A stretch of DNA of 36,283 nucleotides from Campylobacterota bacterium (GCA_003561815.1 PWVP01000132.1:1-36283), one strand, 5' to 3'; shown: positions 1-9,391, numbered from the stretch's first letter. The notes: a model not told the origin generated them from the sequence alone. Program-made: numbers and translations.

Positions 1-2
1 GC

Positions 3-908
3 GAGCAGGTGGTCATGGCACTGGGCGACATCGTCAAACCCAGTCGGCCCAACGTCATGAGCACCGGCGAGAAGCTGCGGTTCTACGTGGGCGAGTTCTG
101 GGACTTCGTCTCGGGGTATCCCCGCGAGGCCAATACCGAAGGCGGGATCCTGCCGGCGATCTTCGGCACCGTGCTCATGACCCTGGTCATGGCCGTCTTC
201 GTGACCCCGTTCTGGGTGCTGGCGGCCATCTACCTGCGCGAGTACGCCAAACAGGGGCCGGTAACGCGGATCATCCGCATCTCGGTCAACAACCTTGCCG
301 GGGTGCCCTCCATCGTCTTTGGGGTGTTTGGTCTGGGCTTTTTTGTCTACTTTATGGGGGGCGGCATCGATCGGATGTTCTACCCCGAGGCGCTGCCAGC
401 ACCCACCTTTGGCACGCCGGGTCTGATGTGGGCCTCGCTCACGCTGGCACTGCTCACACTGCCGGTGGTGATTGTCTCCACCGAGGAGGGGTTGACGCGG
501 ATCCCTAAGAGTGTGCGCGAAGGCTCGCTGGCGCTGGGGGCGACCAAAGCCGAAACCCTCTGGAAAGTGATTGTGCCGCTTTCGGCTCCGGCGATGATGA
601 CCGGTCTGATTCTGGCCGTCGCCCGCGCGGCGGGGGAGGTGGCCCCTTTGATGCTTGTGGGCGTGGTAAAATTGGCCCCCAACCTGCCGGTGGATGGCAA
701 TCCGCCCTTTGTCCATATGGAGCGAAAGATCATGCATCTGGGCTTTCACATCTACGATGTGGGCTTTCAGAGCCCCAATGTCGAGGCGGCCCGTCCGCTG
801 GTCTATGCGACGGCGCTGGCGCTGGTGCTGCTGATTGTTCTGCTCAACCTGACCGCCATCTCGATTCGTAACCACCTGCGGGAGAAGTACCGCAGCAGCA
901 GTGAATAA
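3..908 (+). CDS. pstA: Phosphate ABC transporter permease PstA, 5'-truncated by the window edge
   Basis: The frame is open from position 3. It contains [12 protein letters not shown], the EAA loop ([11 protein letters not shown]) and [10 protein letters not shown], and lies directly upstream of pstB. Confidence 0.96.
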   Translation, partial: EQVVMALGDIVKPSRPNVMSTGEKLRFYVGEFWDFVSGYPREANTEGGILPAIFGTVLMTLVMAVFVTPFWVLAAIYLREYAKQGPVTRIIRISVNNLAGVPSIVFGVFGLGFFVYFMGGGIDRMFYPEALPAPTFGTPGLMWASLTLALLTLPVVIVSTEEGLTRIPKSVREGSLALGATKAETLWKVIVPLSAPAMMTGLILAVARAAGEVAPLMLVGVVKLAPNLPVDGNPPFVHMERKIMHLGFHIYDVGFQSPNVEAARPLVYATALALVLLIVLLNLTAISIRNHLREKYRSSSE

Positions 909-921
909 TAAAGGAGAGAGT

Positions 922-1761
922 ATGAACGAAAAGAGCACGATGCCCCAAGGGCTAAACCCGGAGATTTTTGAAAAGGGGGAGCGACAGGATCTCGATATCC
1001 AGAGCGAGACCATCGCCCTTCAGGCCAACAGTCTGGATCTCTACTACGATCAGACCCATGCGCTAAAGAATGTCACCCTGAGCATCCCCGCTAAGCGGGT
1101 GACCGCCTTTATCGGCCCCTCAGGGTGTGGCAAATCCACCCTTCTGCGCTGCTTTAATCGGATGAACGATCTGGTGGAGAGCTGCCGCGTGGAGGGGGAG
1201 ATTCTGCTCGATGGCGAAAACATCTACGATAAAAAGGTCGATGTCGCCGAGCTGCGCCGCAAGGTGGGGATGGTGTTTCAAAAGCCCAACCCCTTTCCCA
1301 AATCCATCTATGAGAATGTCGCCTACGGCCTGCGTCTGCAGGGGGTCAACGACAAAAAGAGGCTCGATCAGGTGGTCGAAACCTCCCTGCGTGGAGCGGC
1401 ACTGTGGGATGAGGTCAAAGATCGCCTGAATGAAAATGCCTTCGGCCTCTCCGGTGGCCAGCAGCAGCGGCTGGTGATTGCACGGGCGATTGCGATCGAG
1501 CCGGAGGTGATCTTGCTCGATGAGCCCGCCAGCGCGCTGGATCCCATCTCCACAGCCAAGGTTGAGGAGCTGATCTACGATCTGAAAAAGTCCTACACCA
1601 TTGTGATTGTTACCCACAATATGCAGCAGGCCGCCCGCATCTCTGATTACACCGCCTATATGTATATGGGCAATCTGGTGGAGTTTGAGGACACCCCCAC
1701 CCTCTTTACCAATCCGAAACAGAAAGAGACCGAGGACTACATCACCGGGCGCTACGGCTGA
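922..1761 (+). CDS. pstB: Phosphate ABC transporter ATP-binding protein PstB
   Basis: Walker [41 protein letters not shown] and C-terminal [10 protein letters not shown]. Start moved to ATG 922, which follows the RBS AAGGAG. Confidence 0.97.
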   Translation: MNEKSTMPQGLNPEIFEKGERQDLDIQSETIALQANSLDLYYDQTHALKNVTLSIPAKRVTAFIGPSGCGKSTLLRCFNRMNDLVESCRVEGEILLDGENIYDKKVDVAELRRKVGMVFQKPNPFPKSIYENVAYGLRLQGVNDKKRLDQVVETSLRGAALWDEVKDRLNENAFGLSGGQQQRLVIARAIAIEPEVILLDEPASALDPISTAKVEELIYDLKKSYTIVIVTHNMQQAARISDYTAYMYMGNLVEFEDTPTLFTNPKQKETEDYITGRYG

Positions 1762-1805
1762 TCGCCGCTGCCCGCCGGGCAGTGCCTGGCGGCCAGCACA
1801 TCCGG

Positions 1806-3410
1806 CTAGACAAAGAGGGTGCTAAGGCCCCAGAAGAGAAGCGCTGAGAGCAGTGCAGCCGCCGGAACGGTGATAATCCAGGCGGCGATAATCTTATAGA
1901 CCAGCGAGCGCTTGACCAGCTCGTTCTCATACACCTTCTTAAAGGCTTTGCGCTCGCGCTTGCTAAAGCTGATGGTCGTGCCGCCCACCTGGGCTTTCTG
2001 GGCCGCCTTCTTCTTCATCTCCTGAAGCATCTGCCCCTTCTGGTTCAAGCTGGCCGCCTTGAAGCGCTCCAGATACGCCTCGACCCGCTCACGATCCTCC
2101 CCTTCGTGGGCCTCACGAATCAGCGCCTCCATGCGGGCGTAGTACCCTTTAAGATACTCACGCAGAAACCCCACCCCAAAAACCGCGCCGATGGTCACAT
2201 GGGTGGTGGAGATGGGCAGCCCCAGCTCAGCGGCCACAATCACCGTGATCGCCGCCGCCATCGCGATGGAGTAGGCGCGCATCCGATCGAGATCGGTAAT
2301 CTCGCTGCCGACGGTTTTGATGAGCTTCGGGCCGTAGAGCGCCAGGCCCACCGCCAGGCCCAGTGCGCCGATCACCATAATCCAGATGGGGATAGCCGCC
2401 TGTGTGGCCACCTCACCGGTCTGTAGCGCCTCGTAGATGGCGGCCAGCGGGCCGATGGCGTTGGCCACATCGTTGGCCCCGTGGGCGAAGCTGAGCATCG
2501 CCGCTGCGAAGATCAGCGGGATGGTAAAGAGGCTGTTGACCCCCTCTTTGGTGTTGCTCGCCCGTGCGGCCGCTTTGGCGATGGGGCCGCGCACCATAAC
2601 ATAGATCACCACCGCAAAGAGAAAGCCCCACAAAAGCGCCTGAAGCGGTGCCAGCTTATAGATATCCCCCAGCCCCTTGACCAGCATAAAGCCGCCAAAT
2701 GCCCAGGCCATCACCGCCACCAGAATCGGCACCCGCTTACCCGCACTCAGGGTCATCTCCTCTTGATAGGTAATCCCCCGCTTAATGGCGTAGAGAAAGA
2801 GGGCGGCAATCAATCCCCCCATCACCGGTGAGACCACCCAGCTTAGTACGATGGAGCCCACCGTCGACCAGTTGACCAGTGCCCACCCCCCGGCGGCAAT
2901 CCCGCTGCCCATCACCGCGCCGACGATGGCGTGGGTTGTTGAGACCGGTGCACCGACAGCGGTGGCGAGATTGAGCCAAAGCGCCGCCGCCAGCAGCGCT
3001 GAGAGCATCAGCCAGATAAAGATATTGGCATCGGCAATCGTCGCAGGGTCGATAATGCCGCTTTTGATGGTGCCGACCACATTGCCGCCGGCCACAATCG
3101 CCCCCATCGCCTCAAAAACCGCCGCAACCGCAATAGCGGCCGCCAGGGTCATCGCCTTTGAGCCAACGGTGGGGCCGACATTGTTCGCCACATCGTTCGC
3201 ACCGATGTTCATCGCCATATAGGCACCGATTAAAGCAGCAATCACCAGCAGAATCATCCCCTCCTGATCGGTCTGGATGCCCCCGGCGTGGACCGAAGCG
3301 TAGACAAAAACCACCATCATAAAGAGAATCGCCATCCCCAGGCGGGTGAAATCGACACGGAAGTGTGCCGTGCTCTTCTTTTCGAGTCGTGAGTACTCTT
3401 TGAGGTTCAT
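1806..3410 (-). CDS. PiT-family inorganic phosphate transporter
   Basis: Two GANDVAN signature motifs, PVSTTH/PISTTH motifs and many transmembrane segments. Start placed at ATG 3410 (MNLKEY). Confidence 0.93.
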   Translation of the reverse strand: MNLKEYSRLEKKSTAHFRVDFTRLGMAILFMMVVFVYASVHAGGIQTDQEGMILLVIAALIGAYMAMNIGANDVANNVGPTVGSKAMTLAAAIAVAAVFEAMGAIVAGGNVVGTIKSGIIDPATIADANIFIWLMLSALLAAALWLNLATAVGAPVSTTHAIVGAVMGSGIAAGGWALVNWSTVGSIVLSWVVSPVMGGLIAALFLYAIKRGITYQEEMTLSAGKRVPILVAVMAWAFGGFMLVKGLGDIYKLAPLQALLWGFLFAVVIYVMVRGPIAKAAARASNTKEGVNSLFTIPLIFAAAMLSFAHGANDVANAIGPLAAIYEALQTGEVATQAAIPIWIMVIGALGLAVGLALYGPKLIKTVGSEITDLDRMRAYSIAMAAAITVIVAAELGLPISTTHVTIGAVFGVGFLREYLKGYYARMEALIREAHEGEDRERVEAYLERFKAASLNQKGQMLQEMKKKAAQKAQVGGTTISFSKRERKAFKKVYENELVKRSLVYKIIAAWIITVPAAALLSALLFWGLSTLFV

Positions 3411-3502
3411 AGGGCTCTTTCTTGGGTTTAGATAAAATAGCGCCAAACGGGAGGAGGTGTTGCGCACAGCGCTCAAGCGGCCCCCCGTTAGGTTACAGAA
3501 TG

Positions 3503-3557
3503 ATTATAAAAGCGAACCGTAACCGTTTGGTTACCAAAGTGTAGCAGCTCTGTAACC
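3503..3557 (-). promoter_or_regulatory. Putative pit promoter: four 11-bp-phased direct repeats (Pho-box/OmpR-family-like) followed by TATAAT
   Basis: Minus-strand hexamers GGTTAC (3552-3557), TGCTAC (3541-3546), GGTAAC (3530-3535) and GGTTAC (3519-3524), then a 10-bp gap and TATAAT at 3503-3508. Confidence 0.65.
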
Positions 3558-3605
3558 TTTATGGCTGCAATGCTAATCCAATCTCGCTAAAGGGGAGTTT
3601 CAACC

Positions 3606-3980
3606 GTGCGACTATTCACGCTATTGCTGCTTTTTGCAGCGCTTCTACACGCTACAGAGTGGCATAAAAGCTACACGGAGGCAAAAGCGGCCGCCAGCAA
3701 GAGCGCTCAGCCCATTTTGGCGCTCTTTATGCGCGAGGGGTGCCCCCACTGCGATCGGCTCGAACAGGAGAGCCTGGCCCACCCGGCGATCCAGCGGGCG
3801 ATCAAAGAGGGGTATACGCCGCTCTGGATAGACACCACCCAAAACCCGCAAGCAGCGCGCCAGATGGGGCTCAATATCCGGGGGGTTCCCACGGCGGTGA
3901 TCCTTGAAGAGGGGCGCACGCCACGACAGATGGTGGGCTACCGCGATCCGATGGGGATGATGGGGTTTTTGCAGCGCTAA
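3606..3980 (+). CDS. Exported thioredoxin-fold protein (SoxW/thioredoxin-like)
   Basis: Signal peptide (MRLFTLLLLFAALLHA), CPHC motif, cis-Pro loop GVPT, and a GGGGAG RBS before the GTG start. Confidence 0.85.
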   Translation: MRLFTLLLLFAALLHATEWHKSYTEAKAAASKSAQPILALFMREGCPHCDRLEQESLAHPAIQRAIKEGYTPLWIDTTQNPQAARQMGLNIRGVPTAVILEEGRTPRQMVGYRDPMGMMGFLQR

Positions 3981-5203
3981 GGGGTGTGGCTGCGAATCTT
4001 ATCCAGCCACTCGGCAAGCCGCTTCTCAAACCCCACCTCAATCAGCTCCACAAACCGGACCGGCCGGGTGGTGTACGCCTGCGCCACGAAGCCACCGTAG
4101 TCGTGGGGGTATTGATACCCCACCCCACGGCCCAGCTTCTTCGCTCCGCTGTAGTGGGCATCTTTGAGGTGATCGGGAACCGGCAGAATCTCCCCGGCCG
4201 CAACCGCTGCCAGCGCCCCATCAATCGCCTTCAGGGCGCTATTGGATTTAGGGGAGCAGGCGAGATAGATGGTGGTCTGTGCCAGCGGGATGCGCGCCTC
4301 GGGCCAGCCGAGATTAGCCACGGCGTAGTAGGTGGCCTGAGCCAGCAGCAGTGCATCGGGGTTGGCGTTGCCGATATCTTCGCTGGCGTGGACTAAAAGC
4401 CTACGGGCGATAAAGCGCGGCTCCTCACCACCGTGGATCAGGCGGGCGAGATAGTAGATCGCCGCATCGGGGTCACTGCCGCGAATGCTCTTAATCAGCG
4501 CGCTGGCGAGATTGTAGTGGGTCTCATCCTCACTCGCCCCATCGCTGAGGGCATTGGGGCGCAGCGACTTAAGCAGCGCCACATCGATCGGCTTCTTATC
4601 ACCCCCCGCCACTGCGGCAAACTCCAGCAGCTTTAGCATCGCCCGGGCATCCCCGCCGCTTGAGTCAAGCAGGTAGCGCTCTGCCGCGTCGGTCAGCTGC
4701 GCGCCGATCCTCTCCACACCCGTTAAAAGCAGCTTCAAAAGCGCCGCGCGATCGAGGGGTTTAAACTCAAAGAGTAGCGATCGCGATCGGATCGCGCCGG
4801 TTAGCGAGAAGTAGGGGTTCTCTGTCGAGGCGCCCAGAATCATCGCCTCATTACGCTCCATCACCGGCAGCAGCACCTCCTGCTGGTTTTTGCTCAGCCG
4901 GTGCACCTCATCGATAAAGAGCAGCGGTGGCATCAGACTGCCCCGGTGGCTCTCAAAGATGCGGCGCAGCTCCTCGACCTTTAGGCTGGTGGCGTTTCGC
5001 TCGAAAAAGGGGCGATCGCTCATATTGGCGATGATGCGCGCTAAAGTGGTCTTACCCGTACCCGGTGGACCGAAGAGAAAAGCGTGAAAGGGGGTTTTAG
5101 CCGCCACGAGACGACGAAGCGGCCCCTCCGGGCCGATGAGGTGGGACTGGCCCACCATCGCCTCCAGCGAATCGGGCCGCAACAAAGAGGCGAGATCGGC
5201 CAT
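3977..5203 (-). CDS. rarA: Replication-associated recombination AAA+ ATPase RarA/MgsA
   Basis: GPPGTGKTTLA, FIDEVHR, GASTENP, SALIKSIRGSDPDAA and ASEDIGNANP. Confidence 0.96.
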   Translation of the reverse strand: MADLASLLRPDSLEAMVGQSHLIGPEGPLRRLVAAKTPFHAFLFGPPGTGKTTLARIIANMSDRPFFERNATSLKVEELRRIFESHRGSLMPPLLFIDEVHRLSKNQQEVLLPVMERNEAMILGASTENPYFSLTGAIRSRSLLFEFKPLDRAALLKLLLTGVERIGAQLTDAAERYLLDSSGGDARAMLKLLEFAAVAGGDKKPIDVALLKSLRPNALSDGASEDETHYNLASALIKSIRGSDPDAAIYYLARLIHGGEEPRFIARRLLVHASEDIGNANPDALLLAQATYYAVANLGWPEARIPLAQTTIYLACSPKSNSALKAIDGALAAVAAGEILPVPDHLKDAHYSGAKKLGRGVGYQYPHDYGGFVAQAYTTRPVRFVELIEVGFEKRLAEWLDKIRSHTP

Positions 5204-5598
5204 TAGCTTGAGAGCATGCTCACGAAGTAGTTTCGCTCCCGAGGACCGTCAAAATCGGCAAAAAAGAGCCCCTGCCAGGGGCCAAGCAGCATCCGGGCGT
5301 TCTGGACCGGAATCGTGGTGTTGGAGCCCATAATGGAGGCCTTCAGGTGCGCATCGCCGTTACCCCCCACATGGGCGTACTGCCCATCGGCGGGGAAGAA
5401 GTCGTGCAGCTTCTTGAGCAGATCCCGCTGGATATTGGGATCCTGGTTTTCGCAGACGAAGATGCTGCAGGTGGAGTGGGGGACGAAGATATTGACCGCA
5501 CCGTGATCGAGCCCCATGCGGATAATCTCCTCGTTGACCGTTGCGCTCAGATCAATGAGCTCCGTCTTGTAACGGCTCTTGAGAACCATTTTTCTCAC
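5203..5598 (-). CDS. yjbQ: YjbQ/UPF0047 family protein
   Basis: VPHSTC, ENQDP, GNGDAHLKASIMG and LGPWQGLFFADFDGPRER. Confidence 0.92.
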   Translation of the reverse strand: MRKMVLKSRYKTELIDLSATVNEEIIRMGLDHGAVNIFVPHSTCSIFVCENQDPNIQRDLLKKLHDFFPADGQYAHVGGNGDAHLKASIMGSNTTIPVQNARMLLGPWQGLFFADFDGPRERNYFVSMLSS

Positions 5599-6412
5599 TT
5601 GGTTTCCTTTTGGCTTTTTTTCTGGCTTCGCTTAGAAATCCGTGCAGCCAGTTGTACTCCGAACGCTCCAGAAAGCGGCTTTTGCCTTCGGGCAGGGCAC
5701 TGAGTGATACTTTACCATAAGAGACCCGCTTTAGATCGAGCACCGTGCGATCGAAGTGGGCGAAGAAGCGCCGAATTTCGCGGTTTTTGCCCTCGCTGAG
5801 CACCACCTTCAGGCGGGAGTAGTTGGGGTGGTTCTTCTCCACACGCCAGGCGACGAAGGGGGCAAACTCCATGGCGCGCAGCGGGCTCTTTTCGTGTCCC
5901 CCTGCCCGGGCGTCACTCAGTGTCAGCCCCTCGTTCATCGCCTGCTCCATCGGCGGCGTCACGAAACCGCTGATCTTGATGTTGTAGACCCGCTCCAGAT
6001 CCGAGCGCATCAAAATCTCAGCCACCTCCGCGCTATCGGTCAGCAGCAAGAGCCCCTCACTGGCGTAGTCCAACCGCCCCACCGGCACAAAATGGCCAAA
6101 ACGCGAAGGGAGGGAGTGGTAGATGGTGCGCCGCCCCTGCGGGTCGCTTTTGCTCACCAGCTCCCCTTTGGGCTTATTGTAGGCGATCACCGTAAACCCC
6201 TCGGGCTTGGGCTTTAGCGGCTTGCCGTCGATATAGATCGGCGCATCCACCGGCACCGTGATGCCCGGCTGGGTCACCTTCTGGCGGTTGATATTGACCC
6301 GCCCCTCCTCGATGAGGCGATCCGCCTCCCGGCGGGAGAAGCGGCTTCGCATGGCGATCACTTTATTGAGGCGGTGCGCCTCCTCCTGTGACCCCTTTTT
6401 ACTCTCGGCCAT
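5552..6412 (-). CDS. rluB: RsuA/RluB-family rRNA pseudouridine synthase
   Basis: N-terminal S4 domain (SRREADRLIEEGRV), NKPKG, catalytic VGRLDYASEGLLLLT and EGKNREIRR. Confidence 0.9.
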   Translation of the reverse strand: MAESKKGSQEEAHRLNKVIAMRSRFSRREADRLIEEGRVNINRQKVTQPGITVPVDAPIYIDGKPLKPKPEGFTVIAYNKPKGELVSKSDPQGRRTIYHSLPSRFGHFVPVGRLDYASEGLLLLTDSAEVAEILMRSDLERVYNIKISGFVTPPMEQAMNEGLTLSDARAGGHEKSPLRAMEFAPFVAWRVEKNHPNYSRLKVVLSEGKNREIRRFFAHFDRTVLDLKRVSYGKVSLSALPEGKSRFLERSEYNWLHGFLSEARKKAKRKPSEKNGSQEPLQDGAH

Positions 6413-8493
6413 TACTGCACAAAGATGTTGGGCACGATAATCGGGTAGCGCTTCAGCACCCGATAGATGTGCTTTTTCAGAGCCTGGCGCAGGCTGTTCT
6501 CCAGGGCGCGGATATTGCCGTAGTCCTCCGGCTTGATACCACTGATGAAGGCTTTAACCACCCCCTCTAGCTCCCGGGCAAAGGCGTGCTCTTTCTTCTG
6601 GCCCACCAGCCCCAGTGTGGTCACCTTCGGCTTATCGATCAGCGCCTGATTCTGCTTATCAATCTGCAAAATCATCATCACGACACCCTCTTGTGAGAGG
6701 TTCTGGCGATCGAAGACGACACTGGTTTCAACCTCTTTATTGAACTGATTGTCGATAAAGGTCTTACCGCACCGCACGCTGCGAACCTTACGGATCCCTT
6801 TGTGCGAAATCTCCATCTGTTCACCATCTTCGATAATGGCGACATTGCGCTCGGGAATCCCCACCGTGGTGGCGGTCTGGCGGTGGCGCAGCAGGTGCTG
6901 GTACTCCCCGTGTACCGGGATAAAGTACTTGGGCTTGGTCAGCCGGATCATCAGCTTCTGCTCCTCCTGAGCCGCGTGGCCGGAGGCGTGGATCTCACTA
7001 AACTCATGGAAGGCCACCTTGGCGCCTGACTTAAGAATCTGGTTGATGACGGTGTTCACGCTGTTTTCGTTACCCGGAATCGCCTTGGCCGAGATCACCA
7101 CCGTATCGGTCGGCTTGATCTTGATGTGGCGGTGCTCGTTCATGCTCATTCTAAAGAGTGCCGCCTGGGACTCCCCCTGGCTTCCGGTGGTGATGATCAG
7201 CACCTGGTTATCGGGCAGACGGGCCACCTCATGGGCATCGATCACCATCTTCTCATCCACATGGATATACTCCAGCTCCCGGGCAAGGTTGATGTTCTTC
7301 TCCATCGATCGGCCGATAATCGCCACCTTGCGGCCAAACTTTTTGGCCGACTCGATCGCCTGGGCGATCCGGTGGGTGTTGGAGGAGAAGGTGGACATCA
7401 AAATCCGCCCCTTGGATTTGGAGAAGAGGTCGTCAAAGGTTTTGCCCACCACCGACTCGCTTTTGGTAAAGCCGGGGTTGTAGCTGTTGGTCGAGTCACT
7501 CAAAAGGGCCAGCACCCCCCGCTCACCGTAGTGGGCCAGACGATGGTAATCCGGCGGAAAGCCGTCCACCGGACAGTTATCGAGCTTAAAGTCGCCGGTG
7601 TGGATCAGCGTCCCCGCTGCGGTGGTGATCGCCAGCGAGCAGGCGTCCAGTACCGAGTGGGTCATGTGGATCCACTCCACCTCAAAGTCGCCAATCATCA
7701 CCGGCTTGCGCTTCTCCACAAACCGAAAAAAGCGCTTGTGCTCAATCAGCTTATGCTCATCAAACTTCGCCCCAATCATGGCCAGCGGCAAGGAGGTGCC
7801 GTAGATGGGCACCTGCATCTCTTTAAAGAGGTAGGGGACCGCACCGATGTGATCCTCGTGGGCGTGGGTGATCACAATCCCTTTGATCTTCTCTTTGATG
7901 GCGTGCAGATAGCTAAAGTCGGGCACCAGGATATCGACCCCGTGCATGTCGGGGGTGGGAAAGCTCATCCCCACATCGATAATAATCGCGCTCTCCTCGG
8001 TCTCTAAAACCGCGATATTGCCGCCAATCTGATCGAGTCCCCCTAGGGGCACGAAGCGAACCGAGTGCTCCTTATCGCCGAAGTTCTCAAAGGTGCGGAG
8101 CCGATCCTCCTGGCTGCGCTTGTTGGCATCAATCCCATCGCGCATCCGGCCATACCAGCCCGCACCGTTCTCATCGATTCCGCCCGCCATCGGATCACCG
8201 CTGCTGTGGCGTTTGCGATTGCCTCTGGGGGCGCCAGCGGGCTTGGTGCTCGCCTGGGTGCGGCCACCGCCACGGCGGCCACCACTGCCAGACTCCCTCT
8301 TCTCGGCACCAGCCCCTTCGGCGGCCCTGTTTTCGCCCCCCTCGGGCCGTGGACGGTTGCTGTTGCGCCCTCCCCGGTTTCGGCCACCGCGACGGCGGGG
8401 TCGTTTAGGTGCTTCGCCCCCCTCAGCGCCGCCTTTGGCGCCGCCTGATTCATGTGAAACCTGCTTCTTTTCAGGTGTCTTGTTCTCATCCAT
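6412..8493 (-). CDS. rnj: Ribonuclease J with a long low-complexity N-terminal extension
   Basis: PLGGLDQIGGN, THAHEDHIG, HTGDFK, TGSQGE, HASGHA and PVHGE; about 130 aa of G/R-rich sequence at the N-terminus. Confidence 0.97.
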   Translation of the reverse strand: MDENKTPEKKQVSHESGGAKGGAEGGEAPKRPRRRGGRNRGGRNSNRPRPEGGENRAAEGAGAEKRESGSGGRRGGGRTQASTKPAGAPRGNRKRHSSGDPMAGGIDENGAGWYGRMRDGIDANKRSQEDRLRTFENFGDKEHSVRFVPLGGLDQIGGNIAVLETEESAIIIDVGMSFPTPDMHGVDILVPDFSYLHAIKEKIKGIVITHAHEDHIGAVPYLFKEMQVPIYGTSLPLAMIGAKFDEHKLIEHKRFFRFVEKRKPVMIGDFEVEWIHMTHSVLDACSLAITTAAGTLIHTGDFKLDNCPVDGFPPDYHRLAHYGERGVLALLSDSTNSYNPGFTKSESVVGKTFDDLFSKSKGRILMSTFSSNTHRIAQAIESAKKFGRKVAIIGRSMEKNINLARELEYIHVDEKMVIDAHEVARLPDNQVLIITTGSQGESQAALFRMSMNEHRHIKIKPTDTVVISAKAIPGNENSVNTVINQILKSGAKVAFHEFSEIHASGHAAQEEQKLMIRLTKPKYFIPVHGEYQHLLRHRQTATTVGIPERNVAIIEDGEQMEISHKGIRKVRSVRCGKTFIDNQFNKEVETSVVFDRQNLSQEGVVMMILQIDKQNQALIDKPKVTTLGLVGQKKEHAFARELEGVVKAFISGIKPEDYGNIRALENSLRQALKKHIYRVLKRYPIIVPNIFVQ
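8446..8461. promoter_or_regulatory. Degenerate parS-like site inside the 5' end of rnj
   Basis: TGATTCATGTGAAACC, three mismatches to TGTTTCACGTGAAACA. It encodes VSHES. Confidence 0.5.
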
Positions 8494-8496
8494 GCT

Positions 8497-9279
8497 CTAT
8501 CCTTTTAATCGCATATGTAGTGCCAAAAAGGTGTCTGTGGTCATCTCATGAGGTCGAATTCGCGGATCCAGGCCCAGCGCTTCAAAGTGATACGCCAGCT
8601 CATCGCGACTCTGGTGCGGCTGAAGGTTTTTCAGAAGCTGCTTGCGGGGCTGGGTGAAGGCCCGGCGCAGAAACTGAGCAAACGCCTCATCGTAGGTGGG
8701 CCTCTCTTTGGTGATTGCAATCACCGCTGAGTCCACCTTCGGTGCCGGATCAAAAGCCTCCGGCGGCACATCGATCACCCGCCGAACGGTTCCGATCGAC
8801 TCGGCCAGTATCGCCAGTGGCGAAAAGGCGCGGTCGCCCGGCCGGGCGGTGAACTTCTGAGCCACCTCTTTCTGGATCATCACCAGAAGGCTTCTGCACT
8901 GCCTGTCGCGCATCGCCCGGAGAATAATCTCCGTGGCGATGTAGTAGGGAAGGTTGGCCACCAGATCGTAGGGCTCTGCCTGAAGGCTCCCTGAGCGACC
9001 CCATAAACACAACACATCCGCCTCGATCAGCGTGAGCCGCCCGGAGTCGATTTCGTGAGAAAAATCGCTTCGGAGCCGAACACACAAATCGCTATCGATC
9101 TCAATGACGACCATTGGACGCTTCTTTAGAAGCTCCTTGGTCAAATCACCCAAGCCAGGCCCAATCTCCACCCCCCGGTGGGGGCTATCGGGCATCGCTT
9201 CGATGATTTTCTGCTGGATCCACGGATCCTTTAGGAAGTTCTGTCCAAACTGCTTCTTGGCCCGTATAGGGGTGCTCAC
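8497..9279 (-). CDS. rsmA: 16S rRNA m6,2A1518/1519 dimethyltransferase KsgA
   Basis: KKQFGQNFL, EIGPGLGDLT, VANLPYYIAT and FDPAPKVDSAV. Start moved to GTG 9279, because the longer ORF overlaps hisF. Confidence 0.95.
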   Translation of the reverse strand: MSTPIRAKKQFGQNFLKDPWIQQKIIEAMPDSPHRGVEIGPGLGDLTKELLKKRPMVVIEIDSDLCVRLRSDFSHEIDSGRLTLIEADVLCLWGRSGSLQAEPYDLVANLPYYIATEIILRAMRDRQCRSLLVMIQKEVAQKFTARPGDRAFSPLAILAESIGTVRRVIDVPPEAFDPAPKVDSAVIAITKERPTYDEAFAQFLRRAFTQPRKQLLKNLQPHQSRDELAYHFEALGLDPRIRPHEMTTDTFLALHMRLKG

Positions 9280-9391
9280 GATCCTTGGCTCCCTTTTGCT
9301 AGAGATAATACAGTAGCTGTGCTTAGAGGTAGCACGCTTTAGCCCCGATCGGCTAGGATCGGAGCACTTAAATCCGCAAAAAGTGCACACC

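Noticed and set aside
1764..1793. Hairpin CTGCCC-GCC-GGGCAG between the convergent pstB and pit genes
   Set aside because: Short stem with no U-tract on either strand, so it cannot be supported as a terminator.
7126..8007. 293-aa ORF antisense to rnj
   Set aside because: Shadow ORF on the opposite strand of a conserved gene. It has no motifs and is expected at high GC.
9049..9064. Possible third parS in ksgA (GATTTCGTGAGAAAAA)
   Set aside because: At least five mismatches to consensus and poor symmetry.
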